Assembly (NCBI GenBank): GCA_973851085.1
Contig: OZ316776.1
Coordinates: forward strand, 682,001-746,000
Length of the DNA stretch: 64,000 nucleotides
Direction: 5' to 3'
From: Ptychomitrium polyphyllum
Lineage: Eukaryota
Position numbers and translations under genes: made by a program
The notes under the pieces: model-generated
What the model saw: only the letters and a program-made list of their open reading frames with translations
Databases searched by the model: none
Told to the model about the DNA's origin: nothing
In this document: positions 37,664-50,494 of the stretch, one piece after another
Layout of the letters: every line of letters starts with the position of its first letter
Position numbering within the stretch: the stretch's first letter is position 1

Positions 37664-39745
37664 CGCTGCCCCTGCCTCGGCAACTCTGGAGCTCCTCTGC
37701 AATGCTCCGCCTCACCCCTACCTCTACCCCGTTCACACCGCGTTCACATTCCCTCACAGTTCCCGGTCCTTCCATTTCGGTCCCAACACTAATTGTTCCT
37801 TCCGATGGCTCTCTCTTTTCCTGCATGGTGAATGTCTCTGCCACGTGTGCTTCTCGACACTCTCCGACATATGTATACCGAATACGGTTTTCAGAGTCAT
37901 TTATAGTATTTGGTTTAAAATTACCATAACTTTCTTTTTCTTTTGTTGAATTCTTTTAATTAACTATCTTTATAGATATTTCTCAGTAGAATTAGAAGTA
38001 AAATCTTCAATCTTGGTAAAAATATATGTATATCTTTTAATGATTTTTTGGTTTTAGATGAATAAGTATTGTATTTTAGATTGGAAGAAGTAAGTAGTCT
38101 GTTGTTGTAATTTTGTTATTTTGCTTTGTGAATACACTCTTGTTTTATGAAATCTATAATTGATATAGCTAACGTCCATTGCATTTATTAAATTTTTTTT
38201 TTAAGTAATGGTTTTTTAAATAGTTGCTTTAGCAAATTTGCTACTTTGGAATTTTTTTATTTCATTAGTATGCACAAACTTTTGATTTACACAAAGATTT
38301 TAAACATTTTCCTTTATGCAAATATTTTTTTATCATAAGTGCTTTTGTTGATAGTATTCATATTATAAAATCTATAAATGTTCTTTGGCAAATGCAAAAT
38401 AAAACACTAGTATCCGAGATACATTGAAAATACAAACACTAAATAAAATAAAGGTATAATTGACAAAGTTCTCTATTTTGCTTCATGAATATATGTCTAT
38501 AATCAATATAATAAATGCTATTACATTCTTCAAATCAACCTTTTACTTATTTGTAGCCAATTATTTATGCTGAATTTTGAGTTATGATTAATTTTCACTT
38601 ATTTTATGCAAGATTTAGCATTTAAAATGTTCCATTTCAATAATGCTCAATTTCCATCTAATCCAAATTTTATCCCATTGTTATCATTCAATTGATGCCA
38701 ATAATGACTAAAATTCAAAGCCATAACTTTCTTGAAATGGAGACATCTCCTTACAAAGTTGGCAGTTTTTAATTCCTTAAAAAGTCCAGCTCTAGCAGAA
38801 CCCTTTATATGCAAGTTCCTATTAAAAAATAAAATAAAAAATGAAGTATAAAGCAATCTTGGCATCTTTTATAGTTGAGCAGGGACTTAATACCACATGA
38901 ATGGCACCGCCTAGGCATGCCGTATGCACGTGACGTGCTTGCATGAATCAGGGTTGTCCACTGGTCCGTTTGTCCACCGAGGTTCCTCTCTACGCGCAAA
39001 TTCAAATTGAGAAAGTTTAAGTCTGCCATATGCATTGTCACTGCCGGTACAATCCAAGCGCATGAGTCTGGACTGCCTTCTCCTTTCTTCTTTAAGTTGG
39101 CCAGTTGAACTTGACGTCAGTCAACCTAGCTTGGAAATTATTGCCACTCACTGCACTCTGATGTTTTCTTTCTGGAGCACCTTTCAGGTCGGAGTCGACT
39201 GCTTTGGTTGTGAGTCTGCAGTAACCACCGTTGGTACGATACAGGTTTCCACGAGGAAATATTCAGCTGTACTACCACAAGAGCTGCATGGAATAAAGAG
39301 TTGGTAACTGGGTGTGACTTGCTCAGGAGGATCGTGCCTGAATTGGATAATACTCCGCCCTTTCTCAAAGTGCGCTTTGTTAAAAAGATCATATGCACGT
39401 ATTATCTTCACTAAGGATTCCGTGTTTGAGATGTTGAATATTTTCCAACCGTTCAGACCAAAGCAAACGTGAACCTAACAATAAGTTGAATACCGATCTG
39501 CTTTAACATCGACCACGCCTGGCATTCCCGCTTTCTGGATGTGACAATCTAGTCGGTCCATGTGATACTACGTCATGTGGAGCCGCATTTTGAAGGGCTA
39601 ATCTCTTGCGTAATGGATGAGCAGCCTCAGCAGTCCCTCAGCTCTTACTCGATCTCAGCCGAGTCTTCCTCCAACCCAAGCCTCGTCTTTCATCTGTCTA
39701 TTTCGCTCGTGTCCCTAGTCGGAGTATAAGTTGTTCCTTGAGGTT

Positions 39746-40650
39746 ATGGCTACGTTCGGAAGCTTCCCTCGTGGTGCGTTTTGGCTGTCAGCCCTTTTGG
39801 TAGCAGTGGTGGCGGTGGCCATGTTCTCTGGGACCTGCAGCGATGCAGAAGTTTCAGTTACGGAGGTGCTTTTCTTAAGAACTGTGGGGGAAGTGTCCCG
39901 AATGGCAAAGTCTTTCGGCTGTACACTTTTGCGGTAGCGGATCCTCTCCTCAACGGAATCTACTGTCTGCCTAGGTTGAGCTCGACTAAAGTTTGATCTG
40001 CGGCCGAGTCTGCTGCCTAGCATTCTTCACCTCTCACCATGCTCGTATGATGTGTGGAATCATACAAAGGACCAGCTACAGATTCCAATTGAGGTCCTCG
40101 ACTGTTCTATAGAAGGAGGTTTCCTTGCAGATGTAATGCTTGGTAATACGAACAGAATGAAGTTGTTGCAATATCTAAATGCCCAGTGTAGACCAAGGAA
40201 TCACAAAGAGAATCTCTAGATCAGATGTTAGTGTCCCATGTCGAGCGACTTAGCAGCAGTTACTAGCATTTCAGAAATATGTCATCGGAACAAAAAACTT
40301 GAGATAGCATTCGGTCTTTCAACGAAACAGTTGATGCAAGAACTCAGAAACGCAAATTTTTGCCGCTATATTCAGTCATATTTAAGACAAAGTGTACGAA
40401 TAGATTGAAGTAATTTGTGCGTTTTGACAGAAATTGTGTACAAATTGTGAATCTCAGCGTTACAGTGTTTCAGAACTTTAATCCCAATCCACTTCTCGTC
40501 GCGGACGAAGCTGGACTTGGTGGCCGCTTTGGTTTCGTTACCGTTGACTTATCCACAATTAAATTTCTTGATGAAATTAGCTGGCTGCCTGCTCAGCCTC
40601 CAATTGCTTCAGCTGAGGAACTCACGAGGCTTGCGTTTTGCCCAACTTGA
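39746..40650 (+). pseudogene. Possible degenerate or orphan secreted-protein gene
   Basis: CT-rich leader 39620-39720. The ATG at 39746 opens a signal-peptide-like stretch (AFWLSALLVAVVAVAMFSGTCSDA), with a stop at 39937. An acceptor-flanked, exon-like segment lies at 40474-40650. No family recognised. Confidence 0.25.
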
Positions 40651-42149
40651 TATCTTGCCCTGCTTGTTTCGTGTTGTCTGCTATGTCTTCACCCTTGGAT
40701 CGTAGTGAAGAGCTCACATCGATCCACGACTTCACCTTTTACGTAGTTGCCTGTAGACTGCGCCTTTCCTTTCAGGTCTTGCCCTGCTTCTTTGACGGAG
40801 TTCGTTCCGTGCCTAATTTCGACGACTCTTTCCTGTCCTAAGGTGCTTCTTGCTTTACCTCCTGTGCATTTTGAAGAAAACACGGTTATAGAGTGTACAA
40901 AAATATTTTCGGTTTCGTTGAAATTTTGGGAGGTGTGTGAGATTGGAGTGCTGGAGACTGAGAAGCGGTAACGGCAAATTACGGCGGTCACATTGGCTTT
41001 GCTCCTGGCGGATTCGATCGGCAATGCTCTTCCAACAGCCTACGCAAACCTTTCTGTAGAAGGGTAAAAAGCATCAAATCCGACGACTCAATTTAGAACA
41101 TAAGAAGACCTCTTATGAACGAGTCATAACCTGCGGCCGAGGAACGTGTTCCGTTGATACTGTGACAGTATCCATGGTAACAACCCTAAGAAGCTGGCAC
41201 ACCACCACGTAAGTTGACTCATAAATTCAGAGTCATGTGAAGCGTAGAGCTGTCGTTTACAGCTAACCCAAGCTCTGTCAAAGTCTAGTAATATAGAACG
41301 AGGACTTGGAAACGATTGACACCAGAGCTACGTCATGACTGACAACCTAAATATAGTTGTCACCTCGTCATCAGGACCTGACAACTTCCTTCAATTAAAG
41401 TTCAGGCAAATAGCTCATACTGATTCTCTGGTATATCAAGCTGATTCATGCAGTGCAATTTATACTTGCGTTGCCAGGCTGATGTGCCTGACAGATCTTT
41501 ATGAAGATCAGAGGCACACCAACAACCAGATTCAGAGTCATTCAACTACAACCGCGAAGATACCCATCTGAGTAGGTTGAGTTTCCAGCGGTGTTCAAGA
41601 ATTTCGCATGTCCATAGCTGCAGCCAGAGGATATTGGAGGCTTCTTGTAAGTTCCATAATTTTTCAATTTGCTACTTCCTGAGAACAGGACCCTGTAATG
41701 TGAAGTAACTATCTTTGAATGAGTTTAGCATGTTGAAGGGCTGAATGCACAAGTTTGAACATCACATTCAGTACAAGAGCTAGTTGAAAATCATGAACGA
41801 AGGTCACACTTCCCTAAAATTGATGCAAGCTAAGTTTTATGCAACTCACATCATGCTGGAAGACGTTAGACTCAAGGTCCAACGAAGATCACAGGATGGA
41901 ATACAACGTCCATATTTCCGCAGTACACTGGCTAATGGTATGTTCAAGTGACCAGTCTCTACTAATTTTGTAAGCTCATCCTGGGATAAAATATAAGGAT
42001 TTGAAGTGCAGAAATAAGGTGATGACGTCACTTTAGAATAAGAATGTGGATGAGCACAACTTGATCATACTCTCCAGGAAGCAAATAATCATAATGGGCG
42101 ACTAGAATTTAACCTAAGACTAGTACTAGAGTCAGTTCATGATTCTACA

Positions 42150-43837
42150 TCACATGGCCAACAACTGCTGCACATTCATGGGGCTGATGGCGTCAAGGCC
42201 ACCATTGAGGAAAAGCTGGAAGCTCATCTTGTTCACGGTCTCTGTAGGGTGGAATGCATCCCAGAACACTGACTTTGTTCTGTCCGCACACAGATTTCCA
42301 ATTGTGCGACAAGCACCGTCAATGCCATTGAATTTCCCCACACCACAGCATGCCGTTGTCACAGGGTCAGTGAATCCTGCAAGGAGTAACCAACAAAATA
42401 TTTTCAAGATAAAAATAAAATACTTGCAAAAAGTATCATGTAAAAGAAACATCAAACGCGCTCGATAAATCCTGTATAGATTCTATAATCACAAATATAT
42501 TTGGAACAATCCAAAGATTGGGAACTTGATTCAAATCCGAGAACATGCAGTGGAGTTTACCATGTTTCAAGGGGTTGTCAATGATTGACTTGACAATACC
42601 AAAAGCGTTGGCGTATAGAAACACAGACCCAGGAAGCTCAGCTTGAAGGCTTTCCAACATGGGCTTCAAGCGCGCGTTGAAATTGATGGCGTAGCTGTTA
42701 ACCTCTTGGACGCACTCTCCATTCTGGCTTCTTGTAGAGAGCACAGAAGGTGCACAACCGATGGGACCCATGTTGGAAATAATAAATTTTCTCATTCCCA
42801 AACCATATGCCGTCTGCATACAAAATTGACATTTCACAATTTAGGACTTCCGGCCTAACATGAGCCAAAATCTCGAAATGGTACACATGTGAAAATTAGT
42901 GATCAGGTGATTGAAGGTGAGATTGTACCTTAAGCTGCCCACTGTAGGTAGTTATAAGAATGTCAAGATATTGAGGCAGTGTGTACTTATTTTTGGTGTT
43001 GGTTGTGAGAGCCATCCAGTTGTTGATGTAATCGTTGCCTCCAACTGTGAAAGAGTAGATGGCGTTGTGAATCAGTTCATCCGCCCCCTGAGGTCCGATC
43101 ATAAGAGCAATCTGCTCCTTTGTTTTCTGGAAGTAAGAAAATTGCTGTGACATTGTAACACGGCCAATCTGAACACAAATCCACGGCATCAGACATTACA
43201 AACATCGAACATAAACTCACATTGTAATATTACATGCAACTACTAAAATGTAATACAAGTACTAAAATGGATGTTTTAATACTGAGCCGATTGATTAGGT
43301 AACTTGAACTAATTCACAAATTTATGCTTACAAAGACTTGGCCGGTTTCTTCTTGTATGCCTGCTCCAGCAGAAGCATAATTCACCCCATTTAGAAGGTT
43401 AGCTCCTGTAGCTTGTGGGGCTAATACTGGAAGAGGATAAGGAGTCCCAAGGTAGTCATCTGCACAGTGAGCAAAAGTTAGCCCAACTGTTACAGAAAAC
43501 ATGCAACTACTAAAATGATCCTTATAATGCTAAAAAGATCGAAATTTTCTCAGTATGGACAGAGGAATATTTATCAGGACTTACTGACGAGATCTGGGAT
43601 AATTTTGCCATTGCAGAATCTGCCAGTAGCTACTTTATCAGTCCTGTCGATGCCATAGGGCTTGTGGTCAGCAGAGGCCAAGGTGAAGATGTAGTTGTTA
43701 TTACCCACGTCCACCAGTGAGTCTCCAAATAAAAACGTTGCCGGAGGCTTCTTGCCCTGTGCTTCCACTGCAGGACTAAACGTGGCAACCATGAGCACGC
43801 TGAAAAGGAGGATCAGCTTGCCTTTCATGGTTGCCAT
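42150..43837 (-). CDS. GDSL esterase/lipase, secreted, 5 exons
   Basis: Signal peptide; block I FGDSLVDVGNN; TGRFCNG; GVNYASAGAGI; block III GGNDY; block V FWDAFHPTE. Confidence 0.95.
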
Positions 43838-46800
43838 TATTCCAAAACCTGGTAGGCATACACACACAGAGACGAGCTGAATAATGAGTCGTAGAAAGAA
43901 ATATTGAAGTGCTGTAAACATTTTTAATCAATCAAAACGAGAAAAACTTTATATGAGTCATGGAGGATGCTCATTTCACCGAGCATTGCATTTACGGCTC
44001 ATTGTTTAGCATCTGCGTAATGTCCTACCTTACTGGCTAAAATCTTCCTTAGGGTTCAGGAAAGATTTTCTACAATAAGGTGCAGAACCTTCACGAAACG
44101 CCAAGCCGACTAAAAGTTGGATTGCTGTCAAGCTGAACTTATTTTATTTCATCTCGTTTCATAAATGAGTACGTCAGGTTGAACTAGAAGCAATACTAGT
44201 GCTCAAATATTGGCTATCTGAGCTCATGAGAGTCAGTTCTTAAGCACGCAAATGACATCACTAGCTGATATAATCTCTGAGAAACCTAGGAAACCAAATA
44301 TAAAAGGTTCAGGCCAGACTGAAATTTGAATGAGCATCTGAAGAACCGCTGCAACAAATGGGGCACAGAAGTAGAACAGCACAGAAAATAGAGGGAACTC
44401 TCACAACAATGAAATGCATTGGTGCTAACCACACTACAAAATTACTATTCATTGACAGAGCAGTGAGGCATCTTTTTCAGCTTGTCACTCCACTAAGATT
44501 CAATTAAAGCTAAGCTGCAGAAACCGTTACTGGTCACATGTCAATATTCCACAACTAACCTCGGACGTCACCCATCAGTGAACTTCTGTACACATGAGAG
44601 CACAATACAGTTAAGAAGGGTGTCACATTCAGAAGCAGAACCCACCAGCTTTGAGCGTCAAGCTGGACGGCGTCACAGCCTTGGTTATGGTGGCGAGCAG
44701 TCACACCACGTCCTGGACGTCCCAGGAGATGCACAAGAGAGAGCAAGAAGCTGGAGCTGGGGAGCAAGAAGGCCTGTGAAGGCGGTAGAAAATGCAGCAG
44801 CCCAGGATAGCATCATAAATGGTGCAGGGATTCGGATTGCGGTGATATGAGTGCTCCCAACGCCTCACTCCTTTTCCTCACCACCTGAGACACATTTAAG
44901 ATGGTACCCACTATCATTAATGGTCCCTCTCCCTCCTCCTGCAAAGGCATAAGTTCCTATGAACACGTTCCTGCCTGAAGTCTGACACTTCAGTACTCAC
45001 AGTAACTGCTCTAAGGTACATTATTGTGCTAATTAAAGTGAAGCTTAATGCCAGTCGTATGAGTTTCACATAACACACCTTGTTTCTTTGATAGAGTCTC
45101 AACAGGCTTCAGGACTAGTTGAGTTTTGTGTACCAGAACGAATGTTACGTTTGTGATTGATACAAGTAATGTAGTCCACCAGGAAACATATACCTTAGGA
45201 TTAGTTCATACTGTTCTTGTAAAATTCAGTACGTACCAGTAGCCAATCCAGTTCACACAACTGAAGGATTCTGCTGGTCTCTCAATCTGGAGATGATCCT
45301 GAACTCTAAGTTTAATGTTTTAATTTGCAAGGTGGAACCTCAATGATACCAAAAAGTAGGATCATCTCTCAGTTGTAAATGTTAATTAATTTAAGGGAAC
45401 TCGGTTTGAACGTACTTGGGCCTGTTTTTAGTCAATGCCAAGACGGTGTTTAGTACTGAATATGTTCAAGTATGTACACTAACAGTATGTGTGTGTCAAA
45501 GGTGACTGGAGATTAGGGCAATTACATGGGGATACTAAGTCGAACGACCTCACGAACATTTGAATACGGTACAAGTTTGTAAGTTAGATTAAGTTAGAAC
45601 TGGCCCTTCATGTGGCTAAAGTTTTAAGATGTCAGTTACTGACCAGAGACCAGAGCTGAGTTTGTCAGCTCTGACTCCCACCCATTTCTTCCAGCCTAGT
45701 TATGAGCTCTCACGATAGATCAGTTTTTAATCTCTCATTGCTGAGGAAGTTGCTTCAAAGTTGTAACATCCTTGGGCAAAGAAAAGTAGCCTGATACGTT
45801 TTTGTTTTGACCATCTTGTCACGGGACTTTATAGTATAGTTATAATGCACGGCATTCTGCAATTGATTGCCCTCCAGCTATAACTAGCACATGAACTCTC
45901 TCACCAAAAGGTATGTTTAATACGGGATTCAATAAAACTAATTCTGCAATAGGCTTCCATTCTTCAGAAACCAAATTAAAAGTTCAAACAACTTGACCAA
46001 GAGACAGTGTGAAAACCTTTCAGAAGCTGCCGGAAGTTGTGTACCGCTGGTCGCATACAGCTTTCAACAAACCGTGAACGGGGTATCGAAATGACAGCTA
46101 TTTGCTGTCACCCATACAACTTGAAGTGAGTAGTAGAGTAATGACTTTCCTTTGATGTAAAACACTATTATTTTGTTTTGGAGCATTCGTTTTCTTTCTG
46201 TTGGTGACTACCGTATAAGCAGGCTTAGAACTGTGTCAGTGCAAACTGTTCATGACTGGTTACGATCCATAACTTGAGGATATGATCAGAATAGTACTCC
46301 ATGCAACTTAAGAGCATGAATGATCACTATAACAAGATTACACTGCCAGAATTCTCATTCTCTGCAAGCCCGATGCAAACTGGTCACGCTTGACAAACGA
46401 GCAGCCTTGTAAAAAAAGCATGAATGACATTTTATTGTTTAAATCTGGCAGGCACATGAAAATGATGGGCCCGACCATATGTAAGCAGGTTGATATTGCA
46501 GTTATCAGCTTAAATTCAGAAATGACAGGTCACAGAGCTATCAGAGCAGTAGATTTACAGCTATCGGTTACGACTTAAATTGAATCCTATACAGCTGTTC
46601 CACACAGTCAATCCCTTCATGGCAAACGTGTGCAATACGCTACACTTAGAGACACATAAACTAGCAACAATGGTTTTAACAATTCTATTCCTGCAAAATA
46701 ATAATTAATTCCAAATGAAAGACGTGCAACTCTTCGTAAGTATTTCATTTCCAGCACAGAAAGGCAGAACTGAGAGATGGAACACATGAAAGTAGTGCTT

Positions 46801-47420
46801 TACAACCAGCTTAAGCATTCTACAAACCGCATCATGAATTTCATCATTTCATGACCAAATCTTTAATTTAACTATTGCAAATGCTACTGATCCGCGCTAG
46901 CATTACCATAGGATACACTTCAGACTCGAGTCACATAATGCCAAGCCAAACGCCAGCACAACCTCTTGATGACCTAAAAACTTATTTAGATAAAATTCTT
47001 ACCTTGCTGATGAACTGTCCGATGTCACCTTTTCCAGCAATCATGGAGAAGCAGATGCATGATACACTCATCGCTGTCACATGAAGCAGCCACTACCCAA
47101 ACGCTACCTCAACGAGAAGTCATGACCACTATACAACAGAATCAAAGTAACACTACTCCAATACATCAATCCTACAAGAACCACTTAGTACTCAGTTGTC
47201 GTTGAGACTTTGCACGCAATTCCGCTCTGTTCATATTAATATATTAGTCTGTAATGCAATGAACCAGTCTCTCTTGATCGAGTATCTGGTAAGGAACCAC
47301 CCTGTTACCCCTGATCCATGCAGAACTGCCATTGTAATTAAAACTCTAAGTCTTGATCCCAACCCACGCACCTCTGTACAAGGTACTAGCATCACCTGTA
47401 AAAACTTAACAAGACGGATT

Positions 47421-48895
47421 TCATTTCACTAATCCCAGACTAAGAACACCAAATGCACTCTGAGGCCATGTTTTCTCGTGACCATTCTCACGCAAAACTC
47501 GCCCCCATGCCAACCACCCTTCCCACGTCATACGCTTGTCCCAGTTCGTTGCCCAGTCCAGCAAGAGACGCACACCCTCGGTGGCTTCCGCCTCAGCATG
47601 CTCGTACTTTCCTTCTATGAGATAGATTTGGGCCAAAAGAATGTGAGGCTCAGCAACGAAAGGATTGATCTTACATGCATTCTTCAGCAATGGTACTGCA
47701 GTGCTCACAATCCGATCTCGCTGCTCAAAATGCATCGCTTCCCAGTACTGGTCACAAGACCGGTTCTGGTCCACGGCAGGCAGGAGCTCCGTGCAGTCGT
47801 TGAAGATCGCTGGAACGGGAATCTCAAGAGACCCGAAGGGCCGTTCTGGGAGACCATTCACTGTAGCGCCGTGTAGCTCAGTCTGTTCGGCAGCGTCTTC
47901 GTGAAGAAGGATGTTGAGCAGTATACCCATCCGTGACGTGATGGTGAGCCAGAGCCCTGGCTTGCAACTTCCTGGCCAGAGCGCGTGCCATTCGTTGCCA
48001 GAATACCGAAACTCCCCATCGCCATTCTTGAACAACACATCCTGCACGAAGGAAAAAATCCCAAAAAACTTCAGAGCAGCAAAAACTGCTTCCAAAAGAG
48101 TTGCCGCAAAACCTTTGCATCCAAAGACATCACTCTTGCGAAAGTCCCATCCCTTTAGACTAAGTTTGAAGCATAAGAAAACCGAGAAGACAATTGAGAT
48201 GAGTGATGGCAAACGTCCAGTCCGAACAAATGGTTGTGCACGTTTTAGGGCTGGTGTACCTGCCACCCGTAGAATTGGTCGACAAAGTCAGCCATGGTGA
48301 GGAGGATGAAGAGTGCAACGAGGCGGCGAGGAAGAATGACATCCTCGCCGGTTCGGATGTGCTTCACCACAATCCCTTCCTTCGGGACGAACAACCTTCT
48401 CTTGTCATGGGCTCCCTTCTTGTTCGTATCGGAGTCTCCTTTCGTGGTGCCCTGATACTGCTTTAACCCAGCCACTAGGTCGTCGTCCGTGAGCTTGTGA
48501 AGGATGCGATCGAAGATAAGCTCCTGACGCGGAACGATGCAAAAGATGTGCACAAGCTCCTCGGCTTCGTCACCGATGAGGCCGCCGAGGACGCTGCGAT
48601 CGATGTCAGGCGCGAAGATGGCGAGGTTGACGTACGAGTTCGAGTACGAGGAGTGGAAGAGGCCGAAGAGGGCGACCGTATCGGACGACCCCCACAGCTT
48701 GAGAATCCGGTAAACGTGGAGCAAGTGCTCGTAGAACGTCCCGTGCTTATGCCAGCACTCGCCCGCTCCACGCGCTTGCAGGATTTTCAGAAGCCCTGGA
48801 AGGCGGGAGTCAATCGACTCGTAATCCTCTTGCAAAAACGGCCTGCACCTCGCAATCTTCGCTGCGAGAGTATCGGCTTCGTTGTGCTCACCCAT
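47421..48895 (-). CDS. DUF6817-like protein with a C-terminal TPR-like helix pair, 2 coding exons
   Basis: Exon 1 48895-48260 (RGAGECWHKHGTFYEHL, GLFHSSYSNSYVNLAIF, ADFVDQ); intron 48259-48042; exon 2 48041-47421 (NPFVAEPHILLAQIYL, WDKRMTWEGWLAWGRV). Confidence 0.85.
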
Positions 48896-50494
48896 TCTGG
48901 AAGATTTGCGAATAGGGTTGCGATCTGCAAGTATCGTGATCAAAATTCCTCCCTAATGACGCTCAACGATACCCAATTGCGTAGCGCACTTCAGTTATCG
49001 CATCTGCACACAAATTGTGTTCCGATTTCAGTGCCATTGGATCACATCAACATCCAGATCAAACGATGCTATCGCCCCCCTCAAGACGCATGCAAACTAA
49101 ATAACCGAAATTCAACCTCGTGGATAGCAAAAGAACCGTGATTCGATGACAATCTGGTGAACGAAACTCCCAACTTTCTGAGACCAGAGCAAAGTATTTT
49201 CCATCGAGATGTGCACCATTCTACAAACACAGAAGACTGTTTCAATCGTCCGACATCGACCTATCTATGCTGAGCTGTAAAACACGGAATTACAATAAAA
49301 TCCCAATCATTTCAAATGATGATCGAAACTGGAGGCACTCACCGAATTCGGATGAGCTCAACGGCAGCACCTGTATCAATTCACAGCTAGTTGTGTCACA
49401 ACGATGCTGAACTAAGGCAAAATGATCCAGCAAGCAAGTATGACATGTTGAAAACGAGATGCACAAAACAGAAGTTTGCAAAGGACCCACCCAGAAAGCA
49501 GGAGCCGGCACCTAAGACAGACTAAAATTCTTTCCGAAGATTTCCAGAGGTTAAAGCTAGTTTGCATGCAAATAGCACCGACCTTGCTGTGCTGTTGGCA
49601 AAGAAGATCACCACCATCACTGAATCAAGCCTGGAAGGTGTAATCACACATGTCCAAAAGGTGACGATGTAGGGTCCGCGGCTTCGGATGCTTTCAAGGA
49701 AGTGCTGAAAAAGGACAGCGAGACTAATTGATCCACAGAGACGGTTTCATTCTTTGTACTGATTTACTTCAAGTACTATGTGTTCATCGATATCGATGAT
49801 GTTTGGGAAGAAGAGCGGAAGATGCTTTTATAAACTTCTGAAGTCGGTCTCTAATGCAGCCCACTGGATAGGTGATGAATTGCGCCACCTGGATTTGATT
49901 TTTCGTATTCCGTTTCTGAGGACAAATAAAATTTAGAGAAAACATTCTGTAGCACACACTAACCAAGTCAACGATTTACAGAATTGCGTGATCAGGTTGG
50001 AAAGCTAAAATGCGAAAGCACCTTAAGTAATGGGAAAGAAACGATGACTCAAACTCAAGACTTGCAAATCCATGCACTTGAAAACTATTTGCCAACAAGG
50101 ATAAATGTTACAGAATAAATATAATAGTAATGTATTGATGAAGACAGATTTTCAATGGTCCATCATCTTTCTATTAAGGTAAAGGATCCCAGAAGAAAAT
50201 TTTTCATACAACGACGCTACTTACTAAGATTGGTATTGGTCGCAACCTGCAGCTGATACCGACTTGGCTCTATCAATGCCAAACCTTAGTACGAAGCAGT
50301 TACATTCTAGTCTAAAATCCTGTTACTTCGGTTGCCTAATTAAAAATACCTCCTCGATTATTGTGTCATTACGATCTACAGTAATCCTCGATGCAACTGT
50401 TGCCACACTATTACAGAAAAGACTTGAAGCTCTCTATTGATACAGACCTGTCCACAATAAGAAGCAATGAGCTTTATACAAGGCGTCATTGGAT

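Noticed and set aside
39319..39338. Resemblance to miR390 (gctcaggaggatcgtgcc), suggesting a TAS3-like site
   Set aside because: Needs a gap and several mismatches; no second site or precursor hairpin found.
47421..48266. 281-aa ORF as a separate gene
   Set aside because: Its first 75 codons read through the 48259-48042 intron; the rest is exon 2 of the DUF6817-like gene.
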